DNA of 61,762 nucleotides, the filler included, from Sphacelaria rigidula (Eukaryota): NCBI GenBank assembly GCA_964200075.2. It is 10 parts of 10 records of this genome, joined end to end, with 100 filler letters (N's around TTAATTAATTAA, not from the genome) between each part and the next. Parts side by side here need not be neighbours in the genome. Positions count along the whole stretch, not along the records: positions 6,188 to 12,274 come from CAXNAA020022329.1; positions 12,375 to 18,461 come from CAXNAA020022330.1; positions 18,562 to 24,648 come from CAXNAA020022331.1; 7 more parts are not named here. One strand, written 5' to 3'. Positions within the stretch are counted from its first letter, which is position 1. Each line of letters begins with the position of its first letter. The notes below the pieces were generated by a model, which was not told where the DNA came from, made no database searches, and saw nothing but the letters and a program-made list of their open reading frames with translations. Shown here one piece after another: positions 11,169 to 23,011 of this stretch. Both the position numbers and the translations under genes were made by a program.

Positions 11169-12211
11169 GGTGACATGAGCTACAGCCACCACTCGCACCG
11201 TTGTCTGGGTGAACTGTAGCATTTTGGATTATACGATTATAAGGCCTAAAGAATGAACGTGGGTGCGTTGCATGAATGGAAGTTGGAAAAAAGTCAGGCT
11301 ATACAAGATCTGCGCCGATGCATAGTCTTGGGGTGAGCAGCACTCCACCAGTTGGGTCGGGGCGGGTCGGCGCTCCTGTACCTGGCTGCGTAACAAAGGA
11401 AAAACAATTTGAATTTGAAATTTGTCGGTCGTTTACAAAAAGAGTTCTGGTTTGTATAAAAGGTTCGGTTCAGATTGCGCTAATATGGTTCAGTTCGGCG
11501 AACTTGTTTTCAGCCGCTCAGCGCTCAGCCGACTCCATCATGCCAAGCTGCTCACCACGACCTGCGACGGCGATCGGCAAAAGCACCTGAACACCCAACG
11601 TTGAAAGCACGATACTATTCTGTTGGCATTCGGAGCACACGTTCTCTAAAACCATACTACGGAATTGGTGATGGACTGGAGTACAGCAGTACTGTACAGG
11701 AAGCGCAGCACAGCCTAGCGTGTACATTCCAGTAGTAGTCCGATACAACTTTTGTACGAGCACCGTCTTGCTGCTTGGACAAACCGCGATGGTATCGACT
11801 TAACTTTGCCTGACAGCTGTCCCTCACAGGACACAACCCTGCGTACGTGGGTCGACCACGCAGGACGGTGCGCTATCACGGACTCATTGTGGCAAGGAGG
11901 GACAAGAAGAACATGTGGCACAAATTTTCTAATCATCATGTCCAGCAAGGCGCCACTACAGCGGTGGTTTGGGGATCTCCCGGCGGGTACATATATGCGG
12001 AAAACAGTGACATTGGTTCGCAAGGACGAGATGCTCGTGAAGATGTTGGTGCGGTGCAAAAGGTCGCCAATCCCTTCCCAAGGGAAGTTGATACCGCCAC
12101 CGCTGATGCTGATGCTGATGATGGAGCGGAAGCTGGCTCCCGTGGGACTGCTTTGAAGGTGTGTCATGATAAGCAGAGTGGGCGAATCACCACTAAGAAC
12201 CCCGTTCACTA

Positions 12212-12274
12212 CGAGCTGGGCCAGCCTAGAGGCTGCATGAACGTTTGCAGGCGGATGCGCCGGCCAATATTTGG
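12212..12274. mobile_element. Left TIR of another mariner-type element, truncated at scaffold end
   Basis: TA followed by CGAGCTGGGCCAGCCTA, the same terminus as at 634, 10385, 23012, 24318 and 27014. Confidence 0.6.
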
Positions 12275-12374
12275 NNNNNNNNNNNNNNNNNNNNNNNNNN
12301 NNNNNNNNNNNNNNNNNNTTAATTAATTAANNNNNNNNNNNNNNNNNNNNNNNNNNNNNNNNNNNNNNNNNNNN

Positions 12375-12688
12375 AAGACTTTAACTCATGGAAGAGAAGA
12401 GTATGGGAAGAGAAGTAGTAGAGGAGTGATCAGGTGGGCGAGCACCAAGTAGTGCGAGCCAACCGATCAGCTAATGAGCTTCCAGAACTGCCACACGTCT
12501 AGAACACTCGCGGGATATTACAACCGATAACTCCCGATTGGTCCCCCGACAACTTGTTCGGGAAACATCATGTACCGCAGAATATACCGCAGACTATTTC
12601 TGGAACACTCAAATGATTTCTTACTTGTTTACGATAACCTGCGATAGATAGTAGTCGTTACCAATGACTGACATCGAATATTCCAACA
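12375..12688 (-). repeat. Copia 3' LTR (partial), preceded by the polypurine tract at 12689-12698
   Basis: Minus strand reads TGAGAGGGAG then TGTTGGAATATTCG, about 350 bp downstream of the RNase H stop. Confidence 0.8.
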
Positions 12689-13040
12689 CTCCCTCTCAAT
12701 GGAAAGTCATCTCAAAGGAAAGTAATCCAAAGGAGGAATTTGATGCAAAAAACACTTGTGCAAAATATAACATTATGCACTCCCACTGGCGACTAACAGA
12801 GATCGAACAAAGATCTCTCACGCTGTAGCATGTACGGTAGATGCAGCAAACGAAAAGAGCGCAAGAATGCTGTCTACAAGAAGTCAACAATTTTAGCCTA
12901 GATGCTCAAGCTATTCAGGGAAAGGAAGAAAATATTCACAAATCTTCTGAGGTTGCTACTCCGAACGAGATGTACAGAAGATTCCGCCCGGACTATCCCA
13001 TGGCTATGGTGAGGAGCCCGATCCTTGAGGTTTGGCGTCG

Positions 13041-16000
13041 TCACTTGAACTGAAGGATTTGCCGCGTGGGGCTGTCTTGTACCTCGCGGACGCAGTACTT
13101 GGTGCAAAGGTCGGCCAACATGTGGCGGCCTGGAATTAAGGTTATCTTGATGATGCCTTGACGGATCCATTCGCGGAGTGCGGCGAAGCGGACGGCGATG
13201 TGCCGCGACCTCTGGCTGAAGTTCGCCTCCGAAGTTAGGGTAATCGATCTCCGTTTTTCCACATACAGGGTGAAGGGGCGTTGCCGTGACCATCCTAGCT
13301 CCCCCAGCATAGAAGAGAAGTAGAGCCCGTGCTTGGCGGCGCTGTTCATTGCGATGAGCTCTGCCTCCGATGTCGATTGCACGGCTATGCGCTGGACTTG
13401 ACTGCCGAAGTGAATGAGCCCTCCACTCAGAAAAACCATCGATCAGGTGATGGATTTGCTTGATGGTCCAGATGCGTAGGAGGCGTCACTGTAGCAGGTA
13501 ATGCTGAAGTCGCTGGCGCGCCTGTAGGTAATGACGAGACCTGGATTACGCTTGAGTTACCGAATAATCCTTTCAGCGCTAGCTGCGCTCGCAGTGGTGG
13601 GACTTGACATGTGCCGTGCTACCTTCATGACGACATGCGCGATGTCGAATCTTGTGCAATTCACCAGGAAGATGAGGCTTCCCACCAGGCTCTGGTAGTC
13701 CTTTTTCTCACTTGCGGAAAGAAGTGCAGATTCACCAGTTGCACTGTTGAGCTCGGCTCCTGTCCCTGGAGTGTGCGAGGGATTGCACGTATCCGTGCCA
13801 TAACGCTTAAGCACAGATATGGTGTATTTCTCCTGGCTGAGGCTTTTTGTGCCGTTCTCCAGGTCTTGATGAATGTCGACGCCGAGAGTCTGAGTCGCAT
13901 GACCAAGATCAGTCATCTTGAATGATTGCTGAAGTTCCTAACGCACTTGATGCAGCACGTCGGTAGAAGGGCCCGTGAGAAGAATGTCGTCGACGAAGAG
14001 TGTCAGCATGCAGTAGGTGCCTCCGCTGCCCTTGGTGTAGATACAGGGGTCAGATGCTATAGGTGTAAACCCTTTCGTGCGCAGATCCTTGTCGATTGTT
14101 GAGTTCCAAACGCTCGGAGATTGACGCAGCCCGTACAAGCTCTTGCGCAGACGCCAAACTAGCTGCTTGCTAGTGGTGCTGTCGAACTTTTCGAATCCTG
14201 GCGCCTGAAACGTGTACACCACTTCGGAGAGGGTACCGTTTAGGAACGCTGTCTGCACGTCCATGGCGATGACCGGCCAGTTCTGGGCAGCCGCTATCGC
14301 CAATAGAAGTCTTTGGCTTCCAATCCTGCACACCGGTGCAAATGTGGTGAAACAGTCTATGCCGTGCTGTTGCGCCCAGCGCTGAACGACGACTCTTGCC
14401 TTGAATCGCCCACCCGTTTTGATCCGATAAACCCAGCGCGTGCCGATGATGGAGCAACCGGCGGGTACGGAGTCGAACGGGACGAGATCCGCCACCTCGT
14501 GGTCGGCCAGGCTTTTCATTTCTTTGTTCATGGCCTCTTTACATTCCGCTGTGTGGGGTGAGTCCATGGCCTGCTTGTAGGTGTTGGGCACTTGGATTGC
14601 TGCAGGAGGAAGAACTTGATCGAAGCCCACTGCTCCGATGTACGAGGTCACTGAGTCCAGCATCGCTTGAGATGAATCCTCCTGCGCGAAGTTTAGCTGT
14701 CGTAGCGCCCGAGCCTGTAATGGATTATTCATCTCTGTTTGGAAAGGATGAACGGATCTGGATGAACGTAGTCGTCGTGTAGAACCCAGTGGTAGTTCCT
14801 TGAAGCGCTGTTCCTGTCGGTTGTTGATATCGTGACCTTCGCCGTTGTCCTTGTTGGAACCCAGGAACGTAGTTCCGTCGTGGATTTGCTCCAGATCCGC
14901 CGTGTCGATCGATGATTCTTCTTCTTCACTATCCGGAAGATTGGTACAGCTCAGGGGCTCCGGAACGGGCTCGATGAAGGTGACATTCCGGGAGGTTGTA
15001 ATGCGTCCCGTAGCCCGATCGTAGATACGAAAGGTTGGGCTCCCGTCGTTGTAGCCAACCAAAGCACCTTCCCACGCTTTTGGCTGCAGCTTGTTGGTAT
15101 GACCTTCGACGTGGACGAAGGCCCTGGAGCCGATGATCCGAAGAAAGGAAAGGTTTACCTGCTTGCCGAACATGCGATGGTAGGGCGTGTCCCCTTGTAG
15201 AGCTTTGTGCGGTAGGCGGTTTATGAGGAAAACCGCAGTTGTGCCGCAATTTCCCCTCATAGGCACTTAAGCAGACCCGCTCCGTTCAGGAGGCAGCGGG
15301 TCATGTCATGATGGTCCGTCCGTCGCGCTCCGATATGCCGTTTTGTTGCGGCGCGTGCGGGAAGCTGAACTGCTGTATGATCCCCGTAGTTTTGCAGTAG
15401 TCGCTGAACGCAGTGCTGACATATTCCCCGCCGTTGTCCGAATGTAGATGTTGTACCCGTAGACCGAGTGGAATGGCGAGGTCTTGAACGAACCGTACCA
15501 GAGAAGAAAGGGTGTCACTTTTCCTCTCGAGGAAGTAGACGGCCTTGGGTCTGGAGTAATGATCGGTAAACTTGGCCATGTACTGGTAGCCACCGATCGC
15601 AGTTGGAGTGACGGACCCTAGAAGGTCCGTGCTGACGAGTTGAAGTCGTTGCGTGGCGCCTGTGCTCCTAGTCTTGGGATGATTCCGCTGTGTGCTTTTG
15701 ACACTTTCTACGATAGCCCCCCCCCAAAAGTGCATGGTTTTGGGAGGCAAAATTTTCACGTAAATTGAAATGGGAAAAGCCGAGCACAACGAGCAGCTGG
15801 GAATTCTCACGCGTTTTAACCAGTATTGCCAATATGAGGCGCTTCATGCAGCCTGAACCCAAGCATCACGCGCTGTATGCTCATTTTTTTCGTGACACTT
15901 TTGGCTGGTTTTGGGGAGGGGCTATCGTAGAAAGTGTCTTTTGTTTATCTTGCACGTCCCGCACGCTGACAAGGAGTTGGAAAACGTGACCCCGCTCTCT

Positions 16001-16640
16001 CTTATCCGCCCGACTTGTAGTAGTACTTGGGAATTGGGATGTCCGAGTCGCTGATGCCACGTGTTGGCCATCGATGTAGCCGTTGAGGTGGCACATGCTG
16101 TCTCCTTTTCCGTGTCCTGGATCAAAGAGGCACTGGATGCTATATTTGTTCTTCACGCGGCAGATTTGCGCCGGAGGCGGTTTTTAAAATCGTGTCAAGC
16201 GCAGATGCTATCCGGTGCGATAGCCAGATCCAAGTAGTACATGTTGGTGGTGCAGGAGCTGTCATGTCGAAGAGGCAGCTTGAAGTTTCCCATTCTAATG
16301 AAAGAAAAATCATCAAAAACCAATGGCATCCCTCTTGTACTGCTGTTCCTCCCGAGAAAAGGTGACGACCCAGCCCTGGTGCAATGGTGAAGGGCAGCAG
16401 GACCTTGTGCTCGGCCCCGGTTTGGTCCCGTGTGACGACCTTCATTTTTCCTCTGCCGGTGCCGTGGAGTTTTCCCTTGCCGGCGACGTTGATGACGATC
16501 GGCGGGTCGTACTTCTGATACGCGATTATCTGGTGCTGAAGATTTGGAAGCAGGTCAGGGTCGACAAAGTGGTTACTGGCGCCGGTGTCGACAGCCATGG
16601 TGAAGCGCGAAGGAGCAGCGGCGGTGTTCAGGCTGGTGGT
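13041..16640 (-). pseudogene. pol: Copia pol (protease, integrase, reverse transcriptase, RNase H), disrupted
   Basis: Protease VDTGASNHFV. Integrase Zn region WHQRLGHPN..CGTC. DDE core STDLLG, HSDNGGEY and NGISER. RT motifs RFKARVV, MDVQTAFLNG, LRKSLYGLRQSP and LFVDD. RNase H motifs QSTSEAELIA and HIAVRF. Confidence 0.95.
15700..15938. mobile_element. MITE (GACAC...GTGTC termini, 4-bp TSD) inserted in copia integrase
   Basis: About 30-bp TIRs GACACTTTCTACGATAGCCCC with TTTT on both flanks. Partial copies at 30936-31012, 40344-40553 and 49493-49564. Confidence 0.9.
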
Positions 16641-16849
16641 GGCGACGAAGGAGTAACCCATTCCGGCAGGAGGTGAAGGGTCTGAAGGCGATGGATCTGA
16701 AGCCTGTTGAGTGGTGGCAGTCGCGGAAGTTGGAGTAGATGATCCGGCTGTGTTGTAGTGTCCCACCACAGTAGTAAACCCCGGTGCTACTGTTGCTGTG
16801 TGTGCTGCCGCGGTGGTGTTGTTGTTGTTACCACCTTGTCCGCTGTTGT

Positions 16850-18330
16850 TGTTCACGCCTCCTTGTCCACTGGTGTTGTTGAAGCGGGATTGTCCTTGCT
16901 GCTGTGGTCCGCTTTTGTGACGTGGTCCTCGGCCGCGCTGTCCTTGCTGCCGCTAATCGTCAGGATCGTTGCCTCAGTATTGTTGCGCCTTGCAGGTCGA
17001 ATTGTCGTGAAGACTGGTTTTGTGCAAGGAGCACCAACAGTTACTTCTTCCCCTTCCGTTGTTTCTTGTGATCTTTTTGTTGTTTCGCTTAAAGCAATAA
17101 TTGATGTCATGACCAGGCTTTTTGCAGTAGTTGCAGTATTTTGCCCTTGTGGCGGTCATCGCCGTGGTGCGACCCTCCGCTGCATGCAAAAGCCCGTTTC
17201 CTGCGACACGGTTTGCAAACATGTTCCTCATGGTGAACATGGCGTCTTCAAGATTAAAAGTGCCTTGTGATTCTGCAAGCAGCAGTTGAATCTGGGCGTA
17301 CTCGTCTGTCAGCCCATCCAGGATGATGTCCAGTATCCCGTCGTCCGTAATCACTCGACCCATCTCCGCTAGTTCATCTCGCAACGAAAATAGCTCGTTG
17401 CAGGAGACGTCCGGGTCTTGATCTTGCTGCATTCTCATGTTAGACAGCCTTTTCTGCCATAATTCGACGCCGCTGGCGTGAAGGGTTCTTGTATTTTTCC
17501 ACCAGACTATTCCAAGCGGCGATGCCGTTTGGCGAAGTGCCTGGTCTAGGCTTGTACTTTAGGAGAAAGCTTGCTGCCGGTCCTGCCGTACTCAAGAACA
17601 GGAAGTGGAACAGGATCTTGTTGGCCATGTGCCACTCCCGGATGTCCTCGACGTTCTGGACGTTGTCATCCATCTCCCACATTACAGAAGTAGGAGTCTC
17701 GCCGCTTGTTGAAGTCGGCTCATCTGGTGCAAGCTGCTGCTGTTGCTCGGGATGCAGTGCTGAGTCTCCTGCTGCATCGTTGTCTTCATCCTCTTCTTCA
17801 TCTTCGATGCTTGAGGTTACTTGTTTCTTGCGCTTACCAGCTTTGCCCTTGGTCTTCTTGTAAATGGTCGGTGGACATGGTCTGTCGTCCAGGATGTCTG
17901 CAATGCCCGAATGTCACATGCTGATCACGGACTGTGCTGTGCGCGACCAGACATCGAAGTCCGTCCCGTTGAACTTTCCGCCAACAGCCTTGACGAGCTT
18001 GTCCACTGCGTCCGCCGCAGCAGCATTTTTCAATGGCTCCCCCATGCTGCGGTGATCCTGTTACTGTTGTTGTTGTTGTTGCTGTTGTTGCTGTTGCCGT
18101 CCGTGTAGATGATGTGTACTCGTACAGCAGTCGTACGATAACGTTGAAAATTCCAAGAGAAACTGACAGTCCCTCAACAGAAGATGATGATGCACCCAGG
18201 TTCGAGTTACCTACAGGTGTTGGCTGCGAATGCCAGTTGATAGGCTTGATGGATCCGAAGTCCTTGCTTCTTGGCTAGTGTTGTTAGAAGATCCTGCCGA
18301 ACTGATGATGTCGTAGCTAAAGACGACATA
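16850..18330 (-). pseudogene. gag: Copia gag, disrupted
   Basis: KFNGTDFDVWSR near the N-terminus, a UBN2-like segment (IAAWNSLVEKY...ILDGLTDEY) and the CCHC knuckle CNYCKKPGHDINYC. Confidence 0.85.
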
Positions 18331-18920
18331 GCTGAGTGTCGTTGCTGATGACGACGCATTTCTCTTTTCTCGAAAAACCTCTCACGCAAGAGTCATCCTA
18401 CGGAAGGGGGAGGGGGGTGTACTCATGATCATGCATGCCATAGTCATAAGACCATTGACCTNNNNNNNNNNNNNNNNNNNNNNNNNNNNNNNNNNNNNNN
18501 NNNNNTTAATTAATTAANNNNNNNNNNNNNNNNNNNNNNNNNNNNNNNNNNNNNNNNNNNNGAAAAACTCAGAAAAAAAGACAACTACGAATTTTGAAAA
18601 CTTCTGACGCTGACTGCTATATGCCGGCCTACATCATGTCCTAAATTTCCACCGAAATTTTCGTCCGAATTCAATACGTGTGTGCTATGCACAGACTATC
18701 GAGATCTACGCCATAGACAGCAAACACGTAAACTCAACTGTACATTGTACGTATATACCGGGATGAGCCAGACTCTCAGTAAAAGTGAGCAGAAGTGGAA
18801 AAATTAAAAAACGCGTGCAGTTGACAGTTGACAGTTAGTCATTGATACACAAGGACACATGCCCGGGGCGTAGCCCGTGGACTACCTACACACTTGTTGG
18901 AGGATAAAATGACACCATAC

Positions 18921-19066
18921 CTTCCCCACGATAAGTTCGTCTTGATTGGGGTGCAGCGTCGGCTGGTGAACCTGAACCCGGTTCTCCTTGAGCATGTGAA
19001 GAAGCGTTGTTTTTCCCGCGTTGTCGAGACCCAAGAATAGAATCTTCGCGCTCTTGTGGTAAAATC
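18921..19066 (-). CDS. SAR1: SAR1 small GTPase, internal exon
   Basis: CAG|GATTTT...GGGAAG|GTATGG, encoding (G)[48 protein letters not shown], the Sar1 P-loop and switch I signature. Confidence 0.95.
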
Positions 19067-19518
19067 CTGTAGTTACAGTAACCACCACAGCCACCACCAC
19101 CACCATAACAACAACAACAACAACAGCGACAACGAGGACAACGACGGTCAAAAGGGGACGGTAAGGGGGAAATGGTGTCAAGCGGTATGAATGGGTGGTT
19201 TTATCGGTAACAAGCGCGTCCGAATAACCATTATTGCTTTCAACGACCATTTTAAGTGGAATTCCTCGGAAAAAATCGCCCAAAACACCCCCCCCCCACC
19301 CTCCCCCGCCTGGTTCGGCGAAAACCCGGCGTGCTCCGCACCGGCTTTGTAGGGATGCGAGGTCAATGGTCTTTTGCCTACGGCATGCATGATCATGAGT
19401 GCACACACCCCTCCCATCCCCCCACCCCCGATTGGAGCATGACTCCTTCCCAGTACACAATCTACGCCGCTCCCGGATGTGTGCGCAGCACACTGTGGAT
19501 AAAAACAAGAGATTACAT

Positions 19519-19609
19519 TGTCATAAAAATGTACTGCGTGCAGTATGGAAGGTATTGTCTATTGCGATCGAGGCAACAGTCGATACTGTAGGCGGTACAC
19601 TTTCGGACA
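19519..19609. mobile_element. Small palindromic MITE family (about 90 bp)
   Basis: AAAATGTACTGCGT.CAGTAT...ATACTGT..GC.GTACACTTT. Related copies at 20959-21105, 28243-28310 and 41816-41905. Confidence 0.65.
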
Positions 19610-20249
19610 ACGCGATCTACTGTTACCATCCAGGGTGTGGTGCGCGAGTCTCGTCTAGTGTGTGTTCAGTGCATCTCTCTTGCATTTCTGCATATATTGG
19701 TCAGACAGCTTCTCTACCTCGGACTCGAGCGAGACTTGACGTTCATCGCCTTCCTAGAACTTTCCGGGAAACATGCATATATTTCACTCCGGAATATTTC
19801 TGGGTGATCTGGGAACCCCCCCCTCCCACACATCAAAAACCACACCCGCCTTTGCGAAACCCTGGATACCCCAGACTGTCAGACGGCGGAAACTGTTTCA
19901 AGGAAGGGCTGATCAAAGGCTCAAGGATTTGAAGCGAATTTGTGAGGAAAGTGGACTATGTCGCCCCCGGATTTGTCTTCAACCTGAATTCATCGAATTA
20001 TTTTTGCTGCCAATAAGGGGTGCACCACCAGCAGCCCATCAAAAATATCAAGGAACATGATTGTGTTCTTGGAGAAAGGAATAAGAAAAAAAAAAAAAAA
20101 AGCAAAATCACACAAAAATGACGACAAGGAGCCAGAAGAAGGGGGGGGGAAAAAAAAACGACANNNNNNNNNNAAGTATTTATGCCGCACAAAAGGGGAG
20201 CAACACCAACAAACAATAAAAAAAAAAAAAAAAAATAATTTTTTTATAG

Positions 20250-20281
<32 letters not shown>

Positions 20282-20529
20282 CAAACTCAGACAATCATGT
20301 CGACACGCCGCCAGCAAAATGGGGGGCAAAAATTTGCTTCCATTAGCCGAGCCACTGAAGCTGAGTGCATTCATCGCCTAAAGCTGAGAGCTAGGAGCTA
20401 GAGGCTGGGGAGAGACATTCGAATCGACAATTTGAAGCCCATAAAGTTCTTCGCTCACCCCAGAGATGATATGAGGGTAAATCTTCTCTCCGGAAATTCA
20501 GTCAAATGAAACCTGACTCCTGAATATTT

Positions 20530-20695
20530 GAAGGGCAGGTCGAGTAGAGTATACTAAATTGTGGGGTATTTTGAAAGTCTTACTAGGAGTACACGAATTG
20601 GGGGTAGGGTTTTAGGGATTGCTTCCCAGTTATTTTTGGGTACGACTCCCAACACTCTACCCTACTTTGAGTCTACTCTACTCGACCTGACCTTG
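20530..20695. mobile_element. Second copy of the hAT-type MITE at 937-1141, internally deleted
   Basis: Colinear with 937-1141. Flanks GAATATTT and AAATACTT match at 6 of 8 positions. Confidence 0.85.
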
Positions 20696-21119
20696 AAATA
20701 CTTCTTGAAGAAAATAAAATGATGAAAAAAAAAAAAGAGAGGGTGAAAACGGCGGTACTGATGACCTTAAAGTGGTCAATTCGCACGTCTTCTCGAAATT
20801 TCAGCTCGCAATTCTCGAACCTCGGGCTGCAAACCGCCGGAGGCATGATTTCAGCCGCAAGTAGCGGGATCACCTCGTAGTCTCAGGGAGTCAACCCTTC
20901 TCTCTCCAGATATATACCAGGCTTACACTTGCATCACACCCTGACCAACCGATTACATTGTCAAAAAAAAGTGTACTGCGTACAATATGGAATATTTTGT
21001 CTGTTGCCTGTTGCAACAAATAGATTCAATTCTGTACATACGCAGTACACTCTTGTCTGTTACAGCACACAGTAGATTTCACACCGGACGCAGTACACTT
21101 TTTTTACCTTGCCATCGAT

Positions 21120-21490
21120 TGTCGAGGGTGTGCACTTAATACAACACCGCCACGGTGGCTCAGTTGGTAACCTCGAAACCTTCTGACGGTTGGGTCGTGG
21201 GTTCAGTTCTCGGAGCGATCTAATTTTTTCTCCCACAGTGCCCAACAGTGGAGAGTGACCACGTCGTGGGTACACAAAATTCGACTCAACGGTCAACGAA
21301 GGAAAGGGACTGGTGAACCCCTCTCGCGATAAAAAATCAAGGCAAGCAACGCAGAAGGAAGGTGGAGTGGGGTAGTAAAAACAAATAGAAAGAAAAACTC
21401 CTGTGTTGATCTTCCTCCTGTGTGACCCCGGCTGGTGCGCCCACATATACCGAAAGGTGTAGACCGGTACCCAGCATAGATGGGCCGACA
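21120..21490 (+). mobile_element. Repeat with tRNA-like (Pol III A/B box) head; second copy at 41452-41801
   Basis: A box TGGCTCAGTTGG (21156-21167), arm AACC-TTCTGAC-GGTT, and B box GTTCGAATC in copy 2 (41501-41509). About 330 bp are colinear between the copies. Confidence 0.8.
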
Positions 21491-21621
21491 ACACTACTGC
21501 CGCGCCCCCGGGGTCTAAATTGACATGTGACGACTCACGCTATTAGAGTGGAAGGAACACGGGTTCGTTTCCCGGCGGGCGCGTCAGTTCAAAGCACGGG
21601 GGACATCAGTAGCTAAATTAG

Positions 21622-21872
21622 CAAGGGTCCACACCATACACTTTACACTCGTCACGTTCACGTTCCACGTCAAAAGTCGCCAAAAGTCAAGCCAGGCTAA
21701 TACTACGGTGGGGAAAACTTGGGGAGCCCTGATTTGACTCGACTCTTGAAACACGGCTCCCCACGTGGTCCCCGTCCCCCACCGTAGCAGTACTAGCCTG
21801 ACTTACCTTTTGACGTCACACGTGACACGACATGACACGTGACACGTAACGAGTGTAAAGTGTAGACCCTTG
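21622..21872. mobile_element. Fold-back MITE with CAAGGG...CCCTTG termini
   Basis: Palindromic along most of its length: ACACTTTACACTCGT/ACGAGTGTAAAGTGT, CAGGCTA/TAGCCTG and CTACGGTGGGGA/TCCCCACCGTAG. Confidence 0.75.
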
Positions 21873-23011
21873 AAAAACAGCCTGTTCGGCTGATTTTGTT
21901 TGACGGGAGTGCTGATGGTCATATCCAATCCACCAGACCTAACATGCAACGCGTGTACCGGGAGAGAGAGATGGATTGATCTCATGGGACCATTAGAGTA
22001 TTAGACGACGGACTCATCCGGGGGATGGGCAGGAGTTGTTAGGGCTTGAAAAGTGTGACAAAAGAAAAACAAAAAAAGGCAAACTTGGATCTCCTTCCCC
22101 CAGCCTACTGACTTTCTGTTCTCGTGTTTTTGGACGACGGGACGCGGAAGCAAGAAACTTCGCCACATCGGTCGAACGTTGATGTTCAACGCACTTCGCT
22201 TGCGCCTCAGTACCACCTGTTTTTTTTTCTCCATTTGGCACTTGTTTGTTTTTCTCCATTTGGCACTTGTTTGTTTTTCTCCATTTGGCACTTGTTTGTT
22301 TTTATCCTTCGTTCATCTGTCCTTATTATTTCACATTTCGCCTTCGCCTGAGTTTTCCTCTATTATAGCGCGTGTTTCCGTCTTTTTTACTTCGAGTACG
22401 ATACCCCTGTCTATCTCGACTGGATACCTTGGCATATGTTGGTGTGCGACGATCAATCATTGAATCAATCCATCAGAAATATCGAGTCCATCGGGGGCAA
22501 GCCTTGGCCGCGGGGCGCACCCCCTTCCCCTCCCCTGCATCCTTGAGTACCTCCCCGCAGGGTTGGCTGTCCCCCGTAACGGTTTTTGTAAAATGATCGC
22601 ACGGTACGGAACTTGCGTGTGGCACGGCCATTACTACGGTACGGACAGTATTGTGCGGTACTGCTGAAATGGTAGACTGTACGAGTATTGCGCGGTATAC
22701 TGCGTTTCCTTGGTTTCTCTCCGTACGCGGAGTACAACACTTCTCAGAGACTGCGGTGCGATACAGTGCGGACCGGACGACGACGGTACCTGCCCGCTAA
22801 TAATTTTGTTTTTAAATTTGCCATAGTAGTCGGAAACCTCGGTACCCTGGCGCGGTATTCTCAGTCCTCGGCATGTGCCCTACCGACAGCGGTACTCACT
22901 GCAGCCACGTAGGCGGCGAACGTCAATGAATGAATGAATGAAGGACGGGACCAATATATCAACCCCACCGTTAACCCTTACACCGCGAGGGTAGTCCATC
23001 TGTATCATATA

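Larger units (their letters stand above)
12375..18400 (-). mobile_element. Ty1/copia LTR retrotransposon, degenerate, 5' LTR absent
   Basis: Domain order gag-PR-INT-RT-RNaseH on the minus strand, with multiple stops and frameshifts. PPT and 3' LTR start are present. Confidence 0.97.

Noticed and set aside
13611..18278. Plus-strand ORFs over the copia element
   Set aside because: They are antisense shadows of gag-pol with no independent motifs.
19067..19508. Long N-terminal extension with poly-Val on the SAR1 ORF
   Set aside because: It is intron read-through across a (GTT/GTG)n tract and a family-A repeat, upstream of a clear acceptor.
21150..21225. Functional tRNA gene
   Set aside because: It has A/B boxes but no clean acceptor stem, and it is embedded in a longer dispersed repeat with diverged copies.
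22558..22849. hAT element with CAGGGT...ACCCTG ends
   Set aside because: Only 6-bp terminal complementarity and no TSD, although GGTAC repeats are suggestive. Not supportable.
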